From positions 1-30,116 of the forward strand of contig CBFFRP010000617.1 in assembly GCA_965644295.1 (NCBI GenBank): 30,116 nt of DNA, read 5' to 3'. The notes below the pieces were generated by a model. The model made no database searches, was not told where the DNA came from, and saw only the letters and a list, made by a program, of their open reading frames with translations. Shown here one piece after another: positions 20,601-30,116 of this stretch; positions within the stretch are counted from its first letter, which is position 1; every line of letters begins with the position of its first letter. The stretch is from Paraphysomonas bandaiensis (lineage: Eukaryota > Protista > Chrysophyceae). The position numbers and the translations under genes are program-made.

Positions 20601-23373
20601 CTTGATCTGCTGCCAGCCAATACCATCTCACGGCCTCAGCCTTGTCCACGGGCACTCCTCTGCCATTAGCATAGCACACTCCAAGGTTAAACTGAGCAAC
20701 AGCATCTCCTTGATCTGCTGCCAGCCGATACCATCTCACGGCCTCAGCCTTGTCCACGGGCACTCCTCTGCCATTAGCATAGCACATTCCAAGGTTACAC
20801 TGAGCAACAGCATGTCCTTGATCTGCTGCCAGCCGATACCATCTCACGGCCTCAGCCTTGTCCACAGACACTCCTTCGCCATTAGCATAGCATATTCCAA
20901 GGTAAAACTGAGCAACAGCATTTCCTTGATCTGCTGCCAGCCGATACCATCTCACGGCCTCAGCCTTGTCCACGGGCACTCCTCTGCCATTAGCATAGCA
21001 CACTCCGAGGTTACACTGAGCAACAGCATTTCCTTGATCTGCTGCCAGCCGATACCATCTCACGGCCTCAGCCTTGTCCACGGGCACTCCTCTGCCATTA
21101 GCATAGCACACTCCGAGGTTACAATGAGCAAGAGCATGTCCTTGATCTGCTGCCAGCCGAAACCATCTCACGGCCTCAGCCTTGTCCACAGACACTCCTC
21201 TGCCATTAGCATAGCACACTCCAAGGTTACACTGAGCATCAGCATGTCCTTGATATGCTGCCAGCCGATACCATCTCACGGCCTCAGCCTTGTCCACAGA
21301 CACTCCTTCGCCATTAGCATAGCACATTCCAAGGTTACACTGAGCAACAGCATTTCCTTGATCTGCTGCCAGCCGAAACCATCTCACGGCCTCAGTCTCG
21401 TTTTTAGCTAGACCAATACCTTCGCAATAAAAATACCCAAGTAGAAAGTGCTTATGAGCATATAAAGAAGGGTCACATAAAGCTTCCAGTCCTGGCAGAA
21501 TAGACTTTACCAAACCACGTGCTCTTTCGATATCTTTGGGAATGGTACATACACTACTCGCATTGAGTAATACAGCTAAATAGCCCTTAGCTAGCACATT
21601 ATCATGTTTAGCTACTGCTTTCAGTGCCTGCCACGCATGCACCTCTCCACATCGCGCCCGACAATATAATTCAAATGCTTGACTCGCAACAGCCACATTA
21701 GTGAAAGAATCATCAGATACAACTAGATTTGCACTAATAACAGCACTCACTGCTGACATGTCATCATCGTCGCCAGCGGCTCCTACGCCCCTCACATTCG
21801 CTAATATTTGTTTCACATCGGCAGCAAGATCGATCGTGTTTGGTCGTTCCCTAGGGTCCTGGTGGAGACAGCCGCTTTTACCGTCTTTATCTCCCACAAT
21901 CCTCATTAGAGAAGCAGCATGGATGTCCTCGCTCTGGGGCTCAAACAATTTAGGACGGAGACTTTTGAGGACCACATTTCTCACAATTACTCCGATTCCA
22001 CAATCTTTCCATGGAACATCCCGCGTCAGGATTTCGTTGACTGTAATGCCATATGCGTAGTTATCTGACCTGTCCGAATAGGGTGCACGACCTTCGCCAT
22101 CGTGGTCCAGCAGCTCTGGAGACATGTAAGCATTGCTTCCCACTGCCATGCCCATTGACGAGGAACTCGTAGAGTGGGATAGTGTGGCGGCAGTCGCCAG
22201 ACCGAAATCAGATATCTTAGCGGTGTAAGTGCGGCTATGAGTGTTCCAGACGAGCAGTATGTTCTGCGACTTGACGTCTCTGTGGGTAATTCTATGGTAG
22301 TGCAGATACAGCAACCCAGCAGCCACATCAGCACACACAGTCAATTGAGAGGCAAAGTGATCCAGACGGTCTCCGTTAGGCATGCACACATCTCGGTGCA
22401 GCAAGTCGTACAGAGAACAATGGGCCAGCTCCAGCACAATGATACCTTTCGACAACGAGGCGCCAAAGTAACCTATCACATTACAGTGCTGCACCAGCTT
22501 CATGATACGAGCTTCTCGGGAGAATTTGCGGGTTTCTTTTGCAGATGGCACTGCCTGTAGGGTAATGTGCTTGATAGCACTAGGGTTACCATTGTAGACA
22601 CCTTTGTATACCGTGCCATAGGCCCCTCTGCCAATGACATGCTCATCTATCTTCGACCACGCCAGCAGAGCAAGTTCTATATCTTCAAAGGTTACAGGGC
22701 GGCTATTAGAAGGTGGTGCTGGTGGTGGAGGAGGTGTATTGGGCGAAGTGCTCGTGTTACTGTTGTCACTGTCAGTGCTGACGTCTGCATCATCTACCGC
22801 CTGCTGGAGCGCGAGACTTGACGCGGCTGCTTGCTGTAAGGCTGCACGGATGTCAGTGGAGTCACGAGGGATTGGTAAGCCGATCGTAGCCACAAACTTC
22901 ATCACATCATCTCGTGTATCTCTATTATCGCGCAAGAGCTCCTGATGGGAGATGGTCTGAGCAATGGAAACTACAAAGAAGAAGAAAGGTAAGCAACATC
23001 ACACGATACAAAACCAAACTTGCAGGTTCGTCTTACCTTCTAGATGCAGATCAGCACACAGCTGGGTGATGCGCTGGTTGAGACTGTCAAACTCGAACCC
23101 TTTAAACATAGACGTCAACACCTTCCGTACATAAGTCTTTGATGTAAACTTCTGACAGTAATCAGCACAATCCTGCATGAGAAGGAGGAGTTTATGAAGG
23201 TTGGAGGTTGTTGTATCTTGGAACGATGGCATCTTTGCTAGTTGTCTAAGAAGGCCTTCAAAACTCATACACCGCTGGAGAATGTTATGACACTGAGCTT
23301 TCTGTCCTTCGATGTCATCATACAGTGCCTTTAATCCCGCTAATATGTCAAATAGAGTGGAGAGAATATCCAT
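17638..23373 (-). CDS. MLKL-like N-terminal helical domain + TKL protein kinase + Sel1-like repeat array; exons 23373-23037 and 22970-17638, about 1889 aa
   Basis: Exon 1 pattern (QKAQCHNILQRC...LHKLLLLMQDCADYCQKF...FDSLNQRITQLCADLHL) resembles MLKL_NTD/RPW8-type bundles. A 66-bp GTAAG...pyrimidine tract-TAG intron (23036-22971) joins in frame. Kinase motifs are GRGAYG, AIK, HRDVKSQN, DFG, YMSPE. Sel1 consensus is AQxNLGxCYANGxGV..DKAEAVRWYRLAADQG. Confidence 0.88.
17684..21400 (-). repeat. 34 near-identical 108-bp (36-aa) Sel1 coding repeats plus a partial, diverged first unit
   Basis: Phase anchors CCTTG at 17684 and 21356 are 3672 bp apart, which is 34 x 108. The frame is kept throughout. 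Confidence 0.95.
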
Positions 23374-23596
23374 GTTTCCTCACTGCATTCGATATGGTCC
23401 CTTTAGGGAAATCTTAGATAGGGATCTTGGTAGGCACATGTATGCGTATAGGCAGTCAGCATCTTATTTTTTCGGAAATTATTTGAAGCAAATATACTCT
23501 ATATCACTGCAATATAACTACGGCTAGAATACATATAATTGTCGTCTCAATATTTGAGACATCTTTGAACAAAAATATACAAAGGATGCCAATACG

Positions 23597-24426
23597 TGTA
23601 TGTATGTATGTATGTATGTATGTATGTATGTATGTATGTATGTATGTATGTATGTATGTATGTATGTATGTATGTATGTATGTATGTATGTATGTATGTA
23701 TGTATGTATGTATGTATGTATGTATGTATGTATGTATGTATGTATGTATGTATGTATGTATGTATGTATGTATGTATGTATGTATGTAGGTATGTATGTA
23801 TGTAGGTATGTATGTATGTATGTATGTATGTATGTATGTATGTATGTATGTATGTATGTATCTATGTAGGTATGTATGTATGTATGTATGTATGTATGTA
23901 TGTATGTATGTATGTATGTATGTATGTATGTATGTATGTATGTATGTATGTATGTATGTATGTATGTATGTATGTATGTATGTATGTATGTATGTATGTA
24001 TGTATGTATGTAGGTATGTATGTATGTATGTATGTATGTATGTATGTATGTATGTATGTATGTATGTATGTATGTATGTATGTATGTATGTATGTATGTA
24101 TGTATGTATGTATGTATGTATGTATGTATGTATGTATGTATGTATGTATGTATGTATGTATGTATGTATGTATGTATGTATGTATGTATGTATGTATGTA
24201 TGTATGTATGTATGTATGTATGTATGTATGTATGTATGTATGTATGTATGTATGTATGTATGTATGTATGTATGTATGTATGTATGTATGTATGTATGTA
24301 TGTATGTATGTATGTATGTATGTATGTATGTATGTATGTATGTATGTATGTATGTATGTATGTATGTATGTATGTATGTATGTATGTATGTATGTATGTA
24401 TGTAGGTATGTATGTATGTACGTATG
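23597..24426. repeat. (TATG)n microsatellite, about 830 bp
   Basis: Nearly pure tetranucleotide array with a few TAGG/TATC/TACG variants. Confidence 0.99.
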
Positions 24427-25136
24427 TTCGCTGTAAATTTTTCTGATCGCCCCTTTCTGTACTTAATCGCATTGAATAGTTGATTCCTGGCTTTCTCAGC
24501 AATTAGTTTTTCGTAACAGTACTCACGGATAGCGTAAAAAACTTTCGAAGGACTTGATCCCGATTTCTCCAGAATATTCTTTCTCCAGTGTGGATTCCAC
24601 TGATTATTGACTTGTTTCTTTGTGTTTAAATACGTGGTTAGGACATGTTTTCCAAAGTATCTTAGTCGCAATTTCTCCTCGCTCAATTTGCTGTATTTAT
24701 TCCGGAAATCTTCAGTTGGCTGCTTTCCCGAATAGCTATCCACATATGTCTGAAAAAAACTTGGCCACTTCTGCTCAGGCAAATAAGCAAAAAAATTATC
24801 GCGCTCGTACGTCTTGGTGGGAACAGAAGTAATGGCATCAATCAATTTCACCGCTGCCTGGTTCCATAAAGAAGGGTTTCTGTCGTGATCTGATTCTACG
24901 CCGATATCGTCGCCAACAATGCTGCACAGGAAGGTGAAGCATACTTGTGCTAATCGCTTCTGTTTTGATGGAGTATTATCACTGGTTAAATACTTCAGCA
25001 TTTCTTCCATCTGGACGATAGCTGGTACATCCTTCAGTTCGAGACAGGATGTGACCTCGGCATCATCAGACGTGAGGGTGACGATTTCTTCGCTTTCTAC
25101 CTCTTCTTGTTCCAGATCATCGTTGAATTCACTCAT
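24427..25136 (-). pseudogene. Unknown protein (about 237 codons) running into the microsatellite; possibly TE-derived
   Basis: ATG-started, protein-like ORF with an acidic N-terminus and no stop before the TATG array. No family recognised. Confidence 0.5.
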
Positions 25137-25301
25137 ATTCTCATTAAATTAATGATAAATTAACCGTCTCATTGATGTTGAAATATGGCACTCCACACAA
25201 CACACATGGAACATCAATCACTATTTTTTACCTTTTCACCTTTTGGAGGGTTCGGGTAATCAGCTGATTACCCAAGCATTTCACGATTATTTTTTGGATA
25301 C

Positions 25302-25622
25302 TGTTGGAATACGTATGGTTCTCTAAGATAGTACTGTAGAATACGTTAAATACAATGTGAAAAACAGTAATACGTAGTCAATAGTCAAAAGGTGCTATAT
25401 AGCTATAACTGTGAAACTGAAGTATTATATCATGACGATTCAAGATACGGAAGTTGAGCAGTGGTTAACATGAACGAAATAATTTATCATGTTGTTGACA
25501 TGTGCTACATGACAACACACACAATTGTGTATACAATCATAATAAAGTAATCTATCTAGTTTGACTAACTTAAACTTCTCTTACAACGATCTTAATCATC
25601 TGAAAATGGTCTTTAGTCAATA
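25302..25622 (+). repeat. Putative 5' LTR of copia B
   Basis: Starts TGTTGGAATA, shares patches with LTR A (AATAAA..TCTATCTAGT), and ends right before the PBS. The partner LTR is outside the window. Confidence 0.7.
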
Positions 25623-28600
25623 TGGTAGCGAATGCGGAGGAGAGAAGGAGGATAGAGCTGATGTTCCATGGTTCGACGAGAGCAACGTTGAACAATGGAT
25701 CGAAGACTTTGAGACGTTCCTTATGAGAAAGGAGCAGAGTGAGGTGGCTCTAGAAAGGCCACCAGAGGAAGAGGATTTCGGAATTCAACCCCTGAATAGT
25801 CTTGAGACCAAGTCCTACAAAGAAGCGGTGGACAAGTATTGGAAGGCGAATGCAATTGCCTACTCATACTGCAGAGAGGCGGTGAAGCGATCTCCGAAGG
25901 CGCTGCAGAAGTTTCATCTGAAGCACAAGGAGTTCAAGGCAGCTGAAGGAAGAGTTAATAAGTTCAGCGCCAGAGAGATGGTTAGCACTCTTAAATCGTG
26001 TTTTGAAGGGGGAACACAAAACAAGATTAGTGCTCTGCTTGCTCAGTTTGGATCATTCGAGATGAAGCCAGGGGAGACCGCGAAAGAGTATGTACTGCGT
26101 TTTGAGCTGCTTCTTCGTGAACTTCAGGCGCATAACCAAACGGTAACGGAAGAATCAAAAATTAGTAGGCTGAAGGAGGGAATTATCAGTGATGAATATG
26201 ACGGTTTGAATTATGCCCTGTATTTAATGCCCGATGATGTACCATATGAATTGCTATCCAAACGTATCGAACAGTTCGACGACACCAAGTATGGGAGGAA
26301 AATCATAGAGAAGAAGCGCAAGAGCACGGAGGAGCTGAATCATATTGAAAAGCCTCGAAAGAAAGAGAGAGTATCTACAAAGAGGAAGTGCACTTATTGC
26401 TCGAAGAAAGGTATAATACACAATCATAATACAGAACAATGTAGGAAGAAAAAGGGGGAAACGAAGGGACAAAGACCGGGCAGTAAGGAATATACAGGAT
26501 GCAGAGTATGCAAATCCAAAAACCATCGCGCGAACGAATGTCCCCGAAATTCGACTGGAAAGACCAAGAAACCCCAGAAATCTGGGAAGGTTTTCACATT
26601 CGAGAATATCCGCAGAGGAGGAACCGAGTCTGACTCGGAGTCCGAAGCGAATATGCTTTATGACTGTGCTGTTGATATATATGATAAAAGTGACACATGT
26701 TGTATGATTGGTACTGCTGAACACTATACATACATAGATACATGCTGTTCATCATCAATGTTCTTGATGAATGATGTGACCATGCTTGACACTCATATGA
26801 ATACATCAAAGGTGATAAACGGATCTAAGAAGGGATCAGAGATTCATATCACAAGTGTGGGTTCCCGTGGAGCATGGAGAGACATAGAAATTTCAGATCA
26901 GATCAATCGATGCCTGTGCTCCGGACGTAAGCTGAACGAAATGGGCTATCGATTCACGGTGTGGTATGGGATCCAAATTTATGACTGTAATACCGGTGAG
27001 CTGGTACTGGAGGGACCCATGAAAAATGGAATGACTGCAGTTCCAACTCAGCAGCTGTTGGAGCTTCCAGATGTGTCTACACCGAGTAATTGTGAAGTAA
27101 ATCTTAGCGATAGGACTGGTGAGGACGAGCTGGAACTGCTGCATAGGAGAATGGGCCATTTCAACAAAGGGGCTCTAACGGAGGCACATAGAAGGATGTT
27201 GTTCACTGGCTCAAATCTGCAGAGGAAGCACCTATCGAAGACTGCATTAAAAAAATCTTGTCTCTGTAGCATATGTGCCAGATCAAAGATTACGAGAGTT
27301 TCGTTTCACACAAAGGAGGATACGGATGTCAAGCCGGACATATCGGCTGATGTGCAAGTATTTCTGAATACTCCCGCTCGAGGTGATGAGCGCTACGTGA
27401 TCAAACTAACTCATCACCCGAGTAGGATGTTCTGGGTAAAAGGCGTAAACCAGCGTACTAAAGAAGAAGTGATTCAGTTTTTTAGAGAGGTGTTCGAAGG
27501 AGAGATTAGGCAATATAAGCTGAGAGTGGACCACTACCACGCTGATGGAGCTGGAGAACTCATAAATCAAGAACTTAGGAGCTATTTGAGATCACAAGGC
27601 TGAGCTATTTGAGATCACAAGGCTGCTACAAACATACTTGGTCTTCAACAGATAGTCCGGAAATGAATGCAGTAGAGGAGCGAAAATTCAGGACTGCATC
27701 AGAGATGGCGTTGGCGATGTTGTTGCAGTCAGGCCTACCGGTTCCATTCTGGTTAGACGCGTATCCATGCTGCTCGCACATGCACTGATCCAGACTCCCT
27801 ACAAGGACGGACAGAGGATACATGTCCCCATATGAGTATGTGCCTGGAATAAGCCACCCAGTTTGAAATATTTTAGAGTATGGGGGTGCAAAACTTATAT
27901 ATTGACACCTAAGGCGGATAGGCGAAAGGACTGGGACGATAAATCAAAGAATTGGATACCTAGTGGGATATTCGGAAGATAAAGTTGGATACCAGGTGTA
28001 TCTCCCAGCAACCGATAAGAATATTACGCAATCGACGCTCTCCGAGTACGAACAGCACCTAGACCAAAGACGGTGAATGATTATCAGCATCTCGTGAAGA
28101 CTTTTCACATAGACGATGAAGACAGGCTGTTGTACAAGACCACCAGAGTGGTAGAAGAAAGGGTGTCATTGTTGGTTATCAGTCACTTATATGCGGGAGA
28201 ATCCACATTGAGCAGAAGGTACCCATACATATAGAAGATGTTCAGGTAATGACAAAGGAATACGCCTGGATACACGGGATATCGGGAACGAGGGACGCCT
28301 CTAGTACCACTGATGGACGGAGTACGTCCACTATCCCAGAAGCCTGAGAGCCATCAGGAGCAGCTAGTTAACCATGGTATTATTCAGGGAGCACCTGATG
28401 AAGATATGACTCAAGGAGTACTTGATGAAGATGCAGCTCAGGGAGTACCTGAATATGCTGATACTATAAATTCTAACAGTACTAATACCCTACAGAGAGT
28501 ATCTAAAGGGATGCAGAGAAACGTAAGCGTTTACGGAGGAGGCTAGCTAATGCTTCAGTGTTAGGAGAAATTAACATGATAGAGGTAATGGATGCCGATG

Positions 28601-30116
28601 TAAATGTCATGGATTCAGAGGAGAGTACTGAGAATAAACACGTCCATGAACCGAACAGTTTTCTAGAGGCGGAGAGGTCCCCTCAAGCGGACGAATGGAG
28701 AACAGCCAGACGAATAGAGAAGAAAGCTCTTTTACGAAGAGGCGTTTTGAAGATAGTACGTCGACCATCTGGGGTCAAATTAATCAGATGTAAGTATGTT
28801 CACAAACTCAAGCGTGACATGCTAGGCAACATACAGAAGTATAAAGCTCGACTAGTCGCACTGAGGAAATCTTCAGGAGAAAACTGAGGAGGAGCCATCT
28901 ACATTTGCACCGGTCGTAAAAGGGATAACTATCAGGCTCGTGATTGCAATTGCTTTTATAATAGCATATGCATGTACACCAGCTTGATGTCAGTTCTGCA
29001 TTTTGTTATACAAATTTAGATGAAGATGTCTACATGTACCCACACTCAGATGAGGAGCTCAGCAATGGATGGTGCTTTAAAACTGTGCAGGCACTCTTGG
29101 TTTGAGCCTCACCGCGTCAGTGGAATCGCCACATCGATAAATTCATAAAGTCAGCCAGTTTCCGATCATGACTAGATACCTGCTTATATTATCGTTGGCA
29201 CCAAGGCAAACTTACGTTATTACTCCTGTATGTAGATGACATCATTATCGCATCTGTGGATTTTGAATTCCTTGTTTTTGTCAAGAACAAGTTCTGCCCT
29301 AAATAAATTTGAAATGAGGGACATGGGGAGAGTGAAGTTTCCCTAAATATTCGAATCACGAGAGGCGAAGACTGGTTCAAACTAGATCAATCTGATGGCA
29401 GAGAAAGTGATTCAGAAATTCAACCATGTCATGGGAAACAGTAGAAAGAATAAGGAAGCTCCGTTGCCATCAAATGCACAAGAACTACTAGCTGCAGAAC
29501 GGGAGCTACATCAGAACAGGAGGAATGGGTCTCAAAATTTCCGTATCGTAGTATTGTTGGAGCAATCCTGTATCTCGCACTCCACACAAGACCAGATCTC
29601 GCCTATGCAATCGGACTACTATCGAGATACAGCAGTAATCCTACATACGCATCGTGTCGTTTAGCTATTCATTTATTGAAATATTTGAGAGGCACCACCA
29701 GCAAAGGAATCAAATTCAGTGGGAGTAAGTTTGATTTACATGTATTTAGTGATGCGGACTGGGCAGGTGATATACTAACGAGACGTTCAACTACCGGTTA
29801 TATTGTATTCTTATGTGCTGGAGCAATCGCATGGCAGTCCAAATTGCAGACTACAGTTGCAACTTCCAGTATGGAGTCCGAGTATATGGCAGAATATGCG
29901 GCCATGCAAGAACTGGTGTGGCTACGGGGGGTGTTACGAGAGCTAGGACTCGCATTGACGAAGCCAACCCCATTTATGACAGCAAGGTACCAGAGAATCA
30001 CATAAATCCAGTCTTACCACAAAAGGTCAAAACATATTCAGATAAAGTACCACTGGGTTCGGGAACACGTAAATGGAAGGTTTCCTACAGCCAGATTGAT
30101 TCATGTATCGACTAAG
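25622..30116 (+). pseudogene. gag-pol of copia B, open to 27603 then heavily frameshifted
   Basis: 680-aa ORF with zinc knuckles, YIDTCCSS protease and HHCC. A 23-bp tandem duplication at 27579-27624 is followed by many indels. Confidence 0.88.

Larger units (their letters stand above)
25302..30116 (+). mobile_element. Ty1/copia element B, related to A, truncated by the window end
   Basis: Putative LTR TGTT...AATA (25302-25622), PBS TGGTAGCGA, gag-PR-INT ORF colinear with A, and RT/RNase H fragments (YVDD, SDADWAG, STTGY). Confidence 0.93.

Noticed and set aside
17684-21400. CRISPR-like array or diversity-generating retroelement
   Set aside because: The repeats are contiguous coding units with no unique spacers. 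There are no cas genes or DGR-type RT, and variation is not adenine-specific.
17680-21411. 1243-aa plus-strand ORF
   Set aside because: Antisense shadow of the Sel1 array. A stop-free 108-bp unit repeated 34 times gives a long ORF automatically, and it ends where the repeats end.
23597-24426. Telomeric repeat
   Set aside because: Internal position, and TATG lacks the G-run typical of telomerase repeats.
23504-24502. ORFs of YIHT / MYVC repeats
   Set aside because: Translations of the (TATG)n microsatellite.

Overview
Eukaryotic, repeat-rich genomic window. A protist, probably a stramenopile, is inferred from the TE families and a short GT-AG intron; this is not proven. In order: (1) a complete, very young Ty1/copia LTR retrotransposon at 1-5456 with identical 293-bp LTRs; (2) a decayed hAT transposase; (3) a divergent host gene pair, a small membrane protein and a METTL22-like methyltransferase; (4) a 5.9-kb segment (9778-15689) bracketed by 287-bp near-perfect inverted repeats. 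It carries polinton/virophage-like genes (adenain-type protease, a GG-punctuated basic precursor protein, a discoidin-like protein) and is interrupted by a nested PIF/Harbinger transposon; (5) a foldback MITE-like structure and a remnant of a third copia; (6) a two-exon gene of about 1889 aa encoding an MLKL-like N-terminal helical bundle, a TKL kinase with intact catalytic motifs, and 34 near-identical 108-bp Sel1 repeats that vary mainly at fixed amino-acid positions. This is a candidate hypervariable immune/cell-death receptor; (7) an approximately 830-bp (TATG)n array truncating an unknown ORF; (8) a second, related copia element, frameshift-rich in its 3' half, that runs off the window end.
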